Source: Microcoleaceae cyanobacterium (GTDB lineage: Bacteria > Cyanobacteriota > Cyanobacteriia > Cyanobacteriales > Microcoleaceae). From it: a stretch of 32,595 nucleotides of DNA. The position numbers and the translations under genes were made by a program. Under the pieces are notes generated by a model. That model made no database searches. It saw only the letters and a program-made list of their open reading frames with translations, and was not told the origin of the DNA. Positions within the stretch are counted from its first letter, which is position 1; each line of letters starts with the position of its first letter. This document shows positions 16,830 to 26,257 of this stretch, piece after piece. Location: contig JBOFUV010000109.1 of the NCBI GenBank assembly GCA_051652765.1, positions 1-32,595 of the forward strand, given 5' to 3'.

Positions 16830-18758
16830 CTAACTCTTGCGTTCTGCTAGTTCTAGCCAGCGTTCCGTGGCAGTATCGATTGCCTGACTCAACTCGGCAA
16901 GCTGATTTGAGAGATTTTGCAGCTCGATAAAATCTTGAGGCGGGTTTTGATAGAGGGTATTCTCCAAGTCTATCTTTTGAGTTTCCATTTCTGGGATTTT
17001 AGCTTCCAGGGTTTCGTACTCGTGTTTTTCCTTGAACGACAATTTACGGGATTGGCTTGGGCTAGAGGATTTTGAGGATCTAAATTGTGATTTGGATTTG
17101 GATTTGGGTTGTTCAGTCAGAGTTACTGCGGCTTCAACGGCTGCTACCTCCTCTGCTTTTTTGTAGTCTAGATAGGTTGAATAGTTGCCGGGATACTGGC
17201 GCAGAGTCCCCCCCGGCTCAAAGGCAAAGATCGTTTCAACGGTTCGATCGAGGAAATAGCGATCGTGAGAAACCACAATCACACAGCCATTGAAATCTTC
17301 CAGATATTCCTCTAGAACTGCCAGGGTTTGGACATCCAGATCATTAGTCGGTTCATCCAGGATTAACAGGTTAGGCGCTTGCATCAACACCCGCAGTAGG
17401 AACAGGCGGCGCTTCTCGCCTCCAGATAGCTTGTGAATGGGGGCATATTGCTGATTGGGGGGAAACAGAAACCGCTCTAGCATCTGTGAGGCAGTAATCA
17501 CACTGCCGTCAGTAGTTTTCACCAGTTCTGCCACGCTCTTCAAATAGTCAATCACCCGCTGATCATCATTGAGTTCTATATCTTCGGAGTGCTGGTCAAA
17601 ATAGCCGATCTGAATGGTAGACCCAATTTCCACTTCTCCGGTATCCGGCTGCAGTTGCCCGATAATAATATTCATCAGCGTAGACTTGCCCGCTCCATTG
17701 GGGCCAATAATCCCAACTCGATCTTCAGGGGCGAAATTATAGGTAAAGTCTTTAATTAAAGTTCGGCCATTGTAAGCTTTACAAACCTCTTGTAGATTAA
17801 CCACCTTCTTACCGATCCGCCGACCCACCGTGGTGATATCAACTTTGCCGTGGGCTTGCTTGAATTCCTGATCTTGCATCTCCCGAACCCGATCAATTCG
17901 GGCTTTTTGCTTGGTGCTGCGAGCTTTTGGGCCTCGTTTGAGCCATTCGAGTTCCCGCCGCAACACGCCAGCGTGCTTGCGTTCGCTGCTGGCGGCGGAG
18001 AGTTCTGCCTCGGCCTTTTTTTCTAGGTAGTAGGCATAGTTGCCAGCATAGGGGTATAGATCGCCGCGATCAATTTCTAGGATGCGATTGGTGACCCGAT
18101 CTAGGAAGTAGCGGTCGTGGGTCACCAACAGCACAGCCCCCCGATAACGGCTCAAGTAACTCTGCAACCACTCAACGGAGAGGGCATCCAGGTGGTTTGT
18201 GGGTTCATCCATCAGAAGCACGTCGGGTTCTGAGAGCAGGGCAGTCGCGATCGCAATCCGTTTGCGATATCCCCCTGACAGATCCCCAATTCTGGCCTCA
18301 AAATCTTGAATGCCCAGCTTGGTGAGAATCACTTTAGTATTAGTTTCTAGCTCCCAGGCCCCCGCTGCTTCAATCTGGTGGGACAGACTCGAAAACCGGG
18401 CCATTAAGGTTTCAGTATCGTCAGACTCTTGGGCTAGCTGGACTGAAAGGGCTTCATATTCTCGCACCAGGGCCAACTGTTCACCGCTGTCAGCGAACAC
18501 CTGCTCTAAAACCGTGCGATTATCGTCTAGGTCAGGCTGTTGGGGGAGGTAAACAATTTTTGCCCCAGCATTTGTCCAGATATTCCCGCCATCTAAGGGC
18601 TCTAGTCCGGCCAGAATTTTCAGCAGGGTTGATTTCCCGGAACCGTTTATCCCAATCAATCCTACCTTGTCCCCTTCCTCAACGCTGAAGTTGGCATCCC
18701 GAAGAATTTCTTTGATGCCGAAGTCTTTTTGAACGGAGTGCAATGTGAGCAGAGTCAT
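16830..18758 (-). CDS. ABC-F family ATPase (Uup-like)
   Basis: Two ABC domains (GINGSGKS, LSGG, DEPTNHLD; GPNGAGKS, LSGGEKRR, DEPTNDLD), no TM segments, C-terminal coiled coil ending ERWLEL. Confidence 0.92.
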   Translation of the reverse strand: MTLLTLHSVQKDFGIKEILRDANFSVEEGDKVGLIGINGSGKSTLLKILAGLEPLDGGNIWTNAGAKIVYLPQQPDLDDNRTVLEQVFADSGEQLALVREYEALSVQLAQESDDTETLMARFSSLSHQIEAAGAWELETNTKVILTKLGIQDFEARIGDLSGGYRKRIAIATALLSEPDVLLMDEPTNHLDALSVEWLQSYLSRYRGAVLLVTHDRYFLDRVTNRILEIDRGDLYPYAGNYAYYLEKKAEAELSAASSERKHAGVLRRELEWLKRGPKARSTKQKARIDRVREMQDQEFKQAHGKVDITTVGRRIGKKVVNLQEVCKAYNGRTLIKDFTYNFAPEDRVGIIGPNGAGKSTLMNIIIGQLQPDTGEVEIGSTIQIGYFDQHSEDIELNDDQRVIDYLKSVAELVKTTDGSVITASQMLERFLFPPNQQYAPIHKLSGGEKRRLFLLRVLMQAPNLLILDEPTNDLDVQTLAVLEEYLEDFNGCVIVVSHDRYFLDRTVETIFAFEPGGTLRQYPGNYSTYLDYKKAEEVAAVEAAVTLTEQPKSKSKSQFRSSKSSSPSQSRKLSFKEKHEYETLEAKIPEMETQKIDLENTLYQNPPQDFIELQNLSNQLAELSQAIDTATERWLELAERKS

Positions 18759-18832
18759 AGGAAGATGAATAAGAGGACAGCCTGAGGCTCAGGAACACAT
18801 CTGGCGAGTAGAGGGTTGAATAGGTCAGAAAG

Positions 18833-18883
18833 CGGGTGTCTGGGGCTTCGCCCCAAGAAAGGGAACGATGTCCCCTCTCCCCC
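18833..18883. repeat. Short dispersed palindromic repeat
   Basis: TGGGGCTTCGCCCCA hairpin plus a second weak hairpin; related TTGGGGACTTCGCCCCAA near 31651. Confidence 0.5.
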
Positions 18884-19149
18884 AAATGGATCTGCTAATT
18901 AATTGCGCTTAGCCACTTAAACACTTCATCCTCATCTTAAATAGGATCTGAGAAGTTTGCAAAAAAACTATTGGGCCGGGATTGCGGCAAGATTTTGTTC
19001 TAAGGCGGATCAACTATAGTAATTTTACAATTGGATGATGACCCATTCCTGGCTCAGTGCCATACAGCGTTGGTCAGAACTGGCCCTAGCCTTGATACAG
19101 CCCCACAAGCGCCGCTATTTTTAACGGGATGCTGGCTCTATCCCCCTAT

Positions 19150-22100
19150 TCAGTAGCCATCCATTTTGCCTGTGTTGTCACCCTTAGAGTTGGATTCGAT
19201 ATCAGTCTCAGCACTAGGAACTGTTAGTTCAAAATCATCACAAAGTTTATTCACTAAATCTTCCATTTCCTTGAAAAAATAACTTCCTACAGTCTTCTGA
19301 TTTAATATTTTATATCTGCGATATATTTTTCCGAAGTCATCATATATTTCGTCTTCTGAGATATTAGAATTAATTTTGACGATTAATCGCTTACCCTCAT
19401 CGGATGCTCGAATATAAGCAAAGAAATCAATAATTTTTGATTCAAATTCACGAATTCGTTCTCCTTTTAAGTCCTCTTGCTCGTTACGCGCTTCAAGAAT
19501 AGCAAGCACATCAAATTGATGGGTGTTATAAGCTCCTGTTGCCTCTGCTACCTTAGTCACTTGCCTTTTCTTTGGCTCTGGATCTTGAGTTTCGACCTCA
19601 ATAATGCCAATTTGATTATCGAAATAGACCTCGATCGCGTCTTTTACATCATCAGTGCGATAAAGCCTGTTGTATATGGCGTTGAAGAATCGTAGAAATT
19701 CTAGCAGGGTGGATTCGCTATATTTCTCATCCAGAGTGATCACATACTCAATGCGGTTGAGAATAGTGAAATACTGGGCAGCTTTCGCTTTGGTATCAGC
19801 AGCGCGATTGGGGTTGGCGCTAATATACTTTTCGATGCTGCTTTCTAGATCAAGGTATCTTTCGGGGTCAGTGTGCTTGGCATCATCGTTAAAGATGGTG
19901 AGAAAGATCGTAAAGAATTCTACATAAATATCGGACTTTTTAAGCTCTGTGAACAGGATGTCTAAAACTCGTTGATCGCTGAAGGGATCAAAGTCGCTGA
20001 CGACTACATCCGAGAAATGCTCGAAGGCATCTTTGAGGTTTTGGACGTTGACGTTATTATAGGAAAAGTCAACAATTTTGCAGTCATTTTTATATTTGGC
20101 AGTGCGGTTGACTCGTGAAATGGCTTGAATTGCGGCAATGCCTTTGATTTCTTTGTCGAGAAATAGGGTGTGGAGTTTTTTCTCATCAAAGCCGGTTTGG
20201 AGTTTGGCAACAACGATAATTAAGCCGTTTTTCTTGAGTGCAAAGTTTTCTAGAACTTTTTCCTCGTTTAGTCCGTCGTTTAGTCCAGTGGCGCTTTGTT
20301 CATCTTGGTTGCTGGAATAGACGACATGAATGGGCGCGTCAGCATATTTGGCGTATTTGGGCTGCTTGATGAGTTCGTTAAAGTGTTGGGTGACTGCCTG
20401 TTTGTAGGCGATCGCCGCTTTAATTGAGTAAACGGCTAGCATGGCTTTGCCTGTGCCTCGAATTTGCCGATAGACATCTTTCACTAACAAATCGGCAATG
20501 TATTGGGCGATCGCATCAATTCGTTCACGATTTTCGTAGATGTCTTTTTTGTCTGCGTCTTTGTAGTTGGGTTCGGTAAAGCCTTCCAGTTGGTTGCTGG
20601 GTAGGTCAAACAGCATTTTGGAGGCGACGGGAACGATGTTTTTGAGCGGGTTGAGGATGAAGCCGTCTTCGATCGCTTCTTTCATGGTGTAGGAGTCGAA
20701 GGGTACCCAGAGTTTTTCGCTTTCGGCATAGCCGCTGAATTCACCAAAGCGGGCGAGGGTGTGGTCGTCGGGAGTGGCGGTGAAACCCACGATTAGGTTC
20801 TTTTTGGTGCGGAGGAGGCTGGTTTGGCGTTGGCTGAAAGAGTTTTGGAGATCGAAGGGGGTTTGGAGTTCGTCGAAGATATTGACCATTTCTTCGTGTT
20901 GGTCGCCGCTGTTGGATCGGTGGATTTCGTCGATTAGGAAGACGATGCGGAGTTGAGAGAGTTTTTCTAAGGTGTCGTCGTCGAGCATTTCTCGGACGGA
21001 GCCAAACTTTTGCAGGTTGACGATGACGAGGCGGGTGTCGGATTTGAGGGCGGTTTGGAAGGTGGTTTTGTTGTGGGCTTCGATGTACATCCGGTTGTCG
21101 ATGTTCATGTTCAGCAGTTTGGAGTCGATTTGGCTGCGGAGTTGGAGCCGATCTACGACGATCATGATTTTGTCGTAGACGTATTGACCGTTGCGGCGGA
21201 GGTCTTTGAGTTGGAGGGCTGTCCAGCCGATGATGTTGGATTTGCCGAATCCGGCGGCGTATTGGAGGAGGAGGGAGTAGACGTTTTTGTTGTTGGCGTA
21301 GGCGCTGCGTTTTTCGATCAGTTCGGCGCGTTTGCTGGGGGAGACGTTGGCGAGTTGTTGTTCTAGCTGATGGATGAAGTAGTCGTCTTCGGTTTCGTGG
21401 GCCAGGAATTCGTCGATTTTGGCGAGGATTTTGTCGGTACCAAATTTTTGTTTGGGACGGGGGGAGATTAGGTGGCCCAGTTCGTTTTTGAGTTCTTTTC
21501 GGCCATTGATGACATAGACATCGCGTTCGATGAAGTTGTAGTAGAGGATTTCTTTTTCGATATTGCTTTTGCTGTAGTGGGCGGTGAAGAGTTCTTTGAG
21601 TTTGTCTTTTTTGTCGGCGGCGGGGTTGAGCAGGGGGTAGGGCTTGAAGACTTTGAAGGTTTTCTTTTCGTAGTCTTCACGATCGAATTTGCCTTCGCGG
21701 CAGGTGGTGAGGATTTCGTCGAAGAAGTCGGAGAGGGTGCGAATGATGTAGGTTTCGCCAATGTCGGTGCTGGTGATGTGGATGGCTTTTTCAAATATTT
21801 TGAGGAAGTCTTTGCGGTAGGTGTCTTTTTCTTTGTCGCTGAGGTGGGGGTTGCGATCGAAGGTCTCGTAGTAGACTCGGACGGCCTCGAAGTAGTCTTT
21901 GATGACTTTACCGCGCCCATTTTTGCTGGCATTTTGGTTGGTGAGGTTGGATTTTAGTTCGCTGTAGCCGAGGTAGATGCCGTTGACGAAGAGGCTAATA
22001 TCGGGGCGAAACGAGAAGATCTGTTTACCTTGATATTTGTATTTGTAGGGGAGTTCTTGGACGACGGAGAAGATGTTTTGGGCGAAGAGGCGGCTGCCAT

Positions 22101-22437
22101 GGATAACGCTATCGTCGGTGTAGAACAGGTGGAGCTTGATGCCTTGGAGGGTGACGGATTTGTTGGCGTTGATGAAGAGGGCCATGTTACGACTGCTGGC
22201 GATCCGATCTTGGATCAGTACGATCAGTTCTGTTAGGAGTTTTTTGGCGTTGCCGTTGTATTTTTTGAGGAGGATTTCGTAGGCTTGTTGGTTGAGTTCG
22301 GTGGTTGCGATAAAGGTTTGGAGGTCTTCTTCGATGATCAGGCTATTGGTGATGGTGTTGGCTTTGACTTCTTGGTAGCCTAATTCATCCTGAAAGAAGG
22401 GAATGAGGAATTTATCTTGGAGGTGAAGTTCGCTCAT
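19150..22437 (-). CDS. hsdR: Type I restriction endonuclease subunit R
   Basis: Nuclease motif RPDISLFVNG..SELK, Walker A AAGFGKS, IDEIHRS, GFTATP, KLQTGFD, QAISRVNR. Confidence 0.92.
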   Translation of the reverse strand: MSELHLQDKFLIPFFQDELGYQEVKANTITNSLIIEEDLQTFIATTELNQQAYEILLKKYNGNAKKLLTELIVLIQDRIASSRNMALFINANKSVTLQGIKLHLFYTDDSVIHGSRLFAQNIFSVVQELPYKYKYQGKQIFSFRPDISLFVNGIYLGYSELKSNLTNQNASKNGRGKVIKDYFEAVRVYYETFDRNPHLSDKEKDTYRKDFLKIFEKAIHITSTDIGETYIIRTLSDFFDEILTTCREGKFDREDYEKKTFKVFKPYPLLNPAADKKDKLKELFTAHYSKSNIEKEILYYNFIERDVYVINGRKELKNELGHLISPRPKQKFGTDKILAKIDEFLAHETEDDYFIHQLEQQLANVSPSKRAELIEKRSAYANNKNVYSLLLQYAAGFGKSNIIGWTALQLKDLRRNGQYVYDKIMIVVDRLQLRSQIDSKLLNMNIDNRMYIEAHNKTTFQTALKSDTRLVIVNLQKFGSVREMLDDDTLEKLSQLRIVFLIDEIHRSNSGDQHEEMVNIFDELQTPFDLQNSFSQRQTSLLRTKKNLIVGFTATPDDHTLARFGEFSGYAESEKLWVPFDSYTMKEAIEDGFILNPLKNIVPVASKMLFDLPSNQLEGFTEPNYKDADKKDIYENRERIDAIAQYIADLLVKDVYRQIRGTGKAMLAVYSIKAAIAYKQAVTQHFNELIKQPKYAKYADAPIHVVYSSNQDEQSATGLNDGLNEEKVLENFALKKNGLIIVVAKLQTGFDEKKLHTLFLDKEIKGIAAIQAISRVNRTAKYKNDCKIVDFSYNNVNVQNLKDAFEHFSDVVVSDFDPFSDQRVLDILFTELKKSDIYVEFFTIFLTIFNDDAKHTDPERYLDLESSIEKYISANPNRAADTKAKAAQYFTILNRIEYVITLDEKYSESTLLEFLRFFNAIYNRLYRTDDVKDAIEVYFDNQIGIIEVETQDPEPKKRQVTKVAEATGAYNTHQFDVLAILEARNEQEDLKGERIREFESKIIDFFAYIRASDEGKRLIVKINSNISEDEIYDDFGKIYRRYKILNQKTVGSYFFKEMEDLVNKLCDDFELTVPSAETDIESNSKGDNTGKMDGY

Positions 22438-22498
22438 TGTTTTGCTGGAAGGCTATACTGAACTGGAATGGTTTTTAAAGTCTACATCTTAATATTGT

Positions 22499-22639
22499 AT
22501 GCTCAGAAAGTTAGCTGCTACTGATATTGCCGAATGGAACACAAAAAAGCAACGGGCTGATGTGGTGAGATCGAAGCTTATGGCACTAGATTTGAGTGAG
22601 CAGGATATTACCGATGCTATGGCTTGGGTGCGTAGTTAA
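22499..22639 (+). pseudogene. Probable C-terminal remnant of an AbrB/MazE-type antitoxin
   Basis: Own translation ends QRADVVRSKLMALDLSEQDITDAMAWVRS*, resembling the C-termini of AbrB antitoxins paired with PIN toxins; DNA-binding N-terminus absent. Confidence 0.45.
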
Positions 22640-22678
22640 TGACTGCACATAAGGTGTAGGTTGTTTGGGAGTATAAAC

Positions 22679-22960
22679 ATGGTTACGATAGAAACAATTG
22701 TGAATGAATTAAATTCAGTGCCAGAGCCGTTTTTAGCAGAGGTGCTGAAGTTTATTCGATCGGCGAAGGGCAAGACTATTAGTGGATCGAATCAGATAGA
22801 AGAGCTAGAGACAGGTCAACAAGTCGATCGGGATACTCGCGATCGCACTATTACAGAGCTACTCAAAAGCTTTCAAACTGATGAAGTTTCTTTAGAGACG
22901 ATTGATGCTGAGGCTGAGGTTGTAAGGGCTGAACTCTATGCCAAACAGCAAGCCCTTTAG
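22679..22960 (+). CDS. Antitoxin, DUF2281-like N-terminus
   Basis: MVTIETIVNELNSVPEPFLAEVLKFIRS...VSLETIDAEAEVVRAELYA; overlaps the PIN gene. Confidence 0.7.
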   Translation: MVTIETIVNELNSVPEPFLAEVLKFIRSAKGKTISGSNQIEELETGQQVDRDTRDRTITELLKSFQTDEVSLETIDAEAEVVRAELYAKQQAL

Positions 22961-23384
22961 AGTTATTATTGATACTAATCTTTGGATCAGTTTTTTGATT
23001 GGGAAGCAGCTTGCCAGCCTGAAATCACTTTTGGTTGAGGGGACGATTCTACCGGTATTTTCACAACAACTTCTGGATGAAATTACGCTTGTTACTCAAA
23101 GACCAAAGCTACAGAAGTATTTCTCTCCAGAAAAGGTCGCAGATTTAATGGTCTTCCTGAAGGAGATTGGGCTGTTTATAGAGATTAAATCGAATACCTC
23201 TATTTGTCGCGATCCCAAAGATAATTACCTGTTGGCTTTAGCTAAAGATAGTCAAGCAGATTATCTAATTACAGGCGATCTAGATCTATTGATTTTAGAA
23301 AATTTTGAAGGGACTGCTATTTTAGCTTATCAAGATTTTACTTCTAGGATAAGTATGGATATTAATGATATTAAGTCACCTTAA
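22938..23384 (+). CDS. PIN-family (VapC-like) toxin
   Basis: RVIIDTNLWIS, CRDPKDNYLLALA, LITGDLDLL. Confidence 0.9.
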   Translation: MPNSKPFRVIIDTNLWISFLIGKQLASLKSLLVEGTILPVFSQQLLDEITLVTQRPKLQKYFSPEKVADLMVFLKEIGLFIEIKSNTSICRDPKDNYLLALAKDSQADYLITGDLDLLILENFEGTAILAYQDFTSRISMDINDIKSP

Positions 23385-24684
23385 TTTTCCCAGTAACGAC
23401 ATCGTTGATTAGGGTTTTACGGAGTTCTTTGAGTTTTTCGATTTGGGTGTTGATGGTTTGGATGATTTGGTCGATCTGCCCAGTTTTGGTGTCGAGGTAA
23501 TGGGCGATCGCCTTTTGTTCGGAGAGTGGTGGAAGAATAGCAAAAACTCTTCCAAGATGAGTTGGTCCGTAATGTTGGATTGTAGTTCCTGACTTTTGTA
23601 AATCGATCTGATTTGTGAAAACATCACTAATTAAAAGGTATCTCAAATAGTCAATCGCCACTCCCTGACGAGGCTTAAATCTAATCAGACCTGTATAAGG
23701 GATAGCACCAAAAGTATCTTCATTTACTTTAGCTACAACTCCAGTAGTAGCACTTGCACTCACCAATAAATTGCCTTGCTTTAATTGAAAATGGCTCCAT
23801 TTTTTTGTCACTTTCATTGGATCTAAATAGTTACAGCCTTCTAATGACACTGTTGAGCCTTTCATTCCTGATATTCTAATTAAAGGGATACCTGTTTCCT
23901 TAAAATCATCACCCATAATTCCAGGACCTTCCTGATAAAATGCGATGTCTTTAAGTTTGCATAGCCTCCAATGTTCAGGCACATCCCCTATCCACTCAAT
24001 TCCACTATCCTTCATCACCACAGACCGATCGAGTCCGCGAGTCACAGCTTCATTGATAATCGATCGCTTGAGCTGCCCGTATTTCGTCGCTTTCTGGGTG
24101 AGTAGATCAATTTTGCGATCGATCTGCGCGGTTTTGGTGTCGAGGTAGTGGGCGATCGATTTTTGTTCATCTAATGAAGGTAAAACAGTCTCAATTTTAA
24201 AGAAATCTTTTGCATACAGACGAAGGCGAGATGACACAATACCTTTTGAATTTCTTGTCATCTCAACTATTGAATTAGGAGTTCTAAAAAAATAGTCAAA
24301 ATATTTATGATTATATGGAATTCCTTTTACGGGTTTGTAAACATTATAAGCAGGGCTACAAATACCTAATTCATTGCTAGTACCTAAAGCCCCCATCCAT
24401 GCCCACATTGTATTTATAACTAAATCACCTTGGCGACAGATCTTATAACCTTCCATTGTCTCTGCCATGAACATATTCACATTTTTCTCACTACGAGGAG
24501 TGACACCCGTAATATGAGAGACAGTGAGCAATGTTTCTTTGCCTGTAGTGCTTAGGCTACTACGCTCTTCAAAAATCTCTTTATTCCGAACAATAGACCA
24601 TGCTGCTGGTACATCGCCTAACCACTCAACCCCACTATCCTTGTAAGCTGGATAACAATGGGTTGCCGATCGATCAATTTTCAT
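23371..24684 (-). CDS. hsdS: Type I restriction-modification specificity subunit
   Basis: Duplicated conserved regions KDSGVEWLGDVP / KDSGIEWIGDVP and EQKxIAHYLDTKTxQID flanking two AT-rich TRDs. Confidence 0.95.
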   Translation of the reverse strand: MKIDRSATHCYPAYKDSGVEWLGDVPAAWSIVRNKEIFEERSSLSTTGKETLLTVSHITGVTPRSEKNVNMFMAETMEGYKICRQGDLVINTMWAWMGALGTSNELGICSPAYNVYKPVKGIPYNHKYFDYFFRTPNSIVEMTRNSKGIVSSRLRLYAKDFFKIETVLPSLDEQKSIAHYLDTKTAQIDRKIDLLTQKATKYGQLKRSIINEAVTRGLDRSVVMKDSGIEWIGDVPEHWRLCKLKDIAFYQEGPGIMGDDFKETGIPLIRISGMKGSTVSLEGCNYLDPMKVTKKWSHFQLKQGNLLVSASATTGVVAKVNEDTFGAIPYTGLIRFKPRQGVAIDYLRYLLISDVFTNQIDLQKSGTTIQHYGPTHLGRVFAILPPLSEQKAIAHYLDTKTGQIDQIIQTINTQIEKLKELRKTLINDVVTGKIKVT

Positions 24685-25052
24685 TGTTCGTTCTCCATTG
24701 TCTTCGGCTTTCTACGAATCCGAATTTTACGTTGCGTCGCAATCACAACAGCCCCAGCCTCTAGATCTTGTGCATGGTTTACCAAAACTTCCTCAAATAG
24801 AACCATTCTTTCCGATCGGGGTAAATTTTCCAATCTCAAAACCCCACAATGAACCCTTCCTTGTAACCAAATCATTTGCTCAAAATCCGAATCAGTTGTA
24901 ATGATAATGCGCTCCTCTCGAACCGCCCAACTCAAAATTTCTCCATCACTCATTTGAGAATCCACATGGCTCACACAAGCCACATCGTGACCTGCATCCA
25001 GAAGCAACGTAGACAACTTCCCACTCGCATTAACATCAAGTAAAAACTTCAT
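24681..25052 (-). CDS. DUF5615 PIN-like toxin
   Basis: MKFLLDVN, GHDV, SDGEILSWA, RIIITTDSDF; stop overlaps the hsdS start. Confidence 0.88.
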   Translation of the reverse strand: MKFLLDVNASGKLSTLLLDAGHDVACVSHVDSQMSDGEILSWAVREERIIITTDSDFEQMIWLQGRVHCGVLRLENLPRSERMVLFEEVLVNHAQDLEAGAVVIATQRKIRIRRKPKTMENEQ

Positions 25053-25054
25053 TA

Positions 25055-25306
25055 CTAAGATGCCGCCACCCGTTCAAAAACCTCCTCATTCTCCACAAGG
25101 TGATGGGCGTAGAGCAGCGCCGCATAAATATCAGCCATCTCCAGTTCCGGATAGTCCTCCAGAATTTCTGGCATCGCTGCACCCTTAGACAAAAGCTCCA
25201 AGATCATCGCCACCGAAATTCTCATCCCGCGAATGATCGGCTTACCACCCAAAACCTCTTGATTGAGAGTAATTCTTGATAATAAATTTTCAGACATCGT
25301 TTCCAT
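25055..25306 (-). CDS. DUF433 antitoxin
   Basis: VLGGKPIIRGMRISV...EILEDYPELEMADIYAALLYA. Confidence 0.9.
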   Translation of the reverse strand: METMSENLLSRITLNQEVLGGKPIIRGMRISVAMILELLSKGAAMPEILEDYPELEMADIYAALLYAHHLVENEEVFERVAAS

Positions 25307-25324
25307 CAGAAATCTCCTGTTTGA

Positions 25325-25528
25325 TTAACAATCAATCATCAACGACTCAAGCTTGCTCAACTCCTCATCTAGCGCCGCAATCTCTCCTAAAATATCCTCA
25401 ACACTCCGCAACCTCTCCGGCTGATAAAACACCTTATTAAAATTAATCTCCACCCCCACCACATTTTCCAAATACTCAAACGGCTTCGTAATATACTTCG
25501 CCATAAACACCGCGATCATATTCTCCAA
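25325..25528 (-). pseudogene. Orphan duplicate of the hsdM 3' end (divergent allele)
   Basis: FMAKYITKPFEYLENxVGVEINFNKVFYxPExLRSVExILGEI shared with the HsdM C-terminus; 25431-25508 matches 26361-26438 at 76/78. Confidence 0.9.
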
Positions 25529-25556
25529 TTATCAATTGATAATTGGCAATTAATAA

Positions 25557-25904
25557 TTAAAACCCCCCTTCCTCAATAATTGCCTCTATCTCAGCCAACA
25601 AAAGCGGCAGGCTTTCAGTAACAGTCTGCCAAACAATGTCATAATTCATCCCAAAATAAGCATGGACTAAACGGTTTCGCATCCCGATCATATCTTTCCA
25701 AGGAACGTGAGGATAACGTAATTGACAATCCATCGAAATATTGTTAGCTGCTTCACCAATAATTTCTAACTCCTTCACTAAAGCCAGTGCCAGCATCCGA
25801 TTGTTTTTTAAATTCTCCTTACTTTGACCTAAAATAAAGTTTTCCGCCTCATGGCAAGCATCCACAATATGCTTCAAGCGAGACAAATTATCTTGTGCTG
25901 TCAT
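25557..25904 (-). CDS. HEPN-domain RNase toxin (DUF86/HepT-like)
   Basis: LEIIGEAA, PWKDMIGMRNRLVHAY (Rx4H). Confidence 0.9.
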   Translation of the reverse strand: MTAQDNLSRLKHIVDACHEAENFILGQSKENLKNNRMLALALVKELEIIGEAANNISMDCQLRYPHVPWKDMIGMRNRLVHAYFGMNYDIVWQTVTESLPLLLAEIEAIIEEGGF

Positions 25905-26211
25905 ATTGAATCATCGCCTCCTTCAGCACCCGATCTCGAAAATAAGGACTTAACTCTTCCGGCGTTCTTAAATCAATCTTGCGACCCTGGAAGAATTTCG
26001 ACAACTCTCTTTCCATTTGCGCTAACTTGAAAAAAGTCGGTGTATAGCTCACCTTAAACTCAACCAAAAAATCTAGATCACTATCCTCTGTAAAGTCATC
26101 CCGTAACACCGAACCAAACAAAGATAGCTTGGCAATCTGATGGCGATCGCAAAATTGCTGCAACTCCTGGCGAGGAATTTTAATCGGTAAAATTAATGTG
26201 TTATCCATCAT
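25888..26211 (-). CDS. Minimal nucleotidyltransferase antitoxin (MntA-like)
   Basis: LFGSVLRDDFTEDSDLDFLVEF (GSx10DxD); overlaps the HEPN gene. Confidence 0.9.
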   Translation of the reverse strand: MMDNTLILPIKIPRQELQQFCDRHQIAKLSLFGSVLRDDFTEDSDLDFLVEFKVSYTPTFFKLAQMERELSKFFQGRKIDLRTPEELSPYFRDRVLKEAMIQYDSTR

Positions 26212-26257
26212 TTACATTGCCTCTCACTATCACCAGACTAAATTGCCTTTAACGATT

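Noticed and set aside
19477..22236. Multiple overlapping ORFs within hsdR (e.g. 21010-21366, 21468-21932, 21472-21957)
   Set aside because: Shadow frames produced by the strong codon skew; low-complexity translations.
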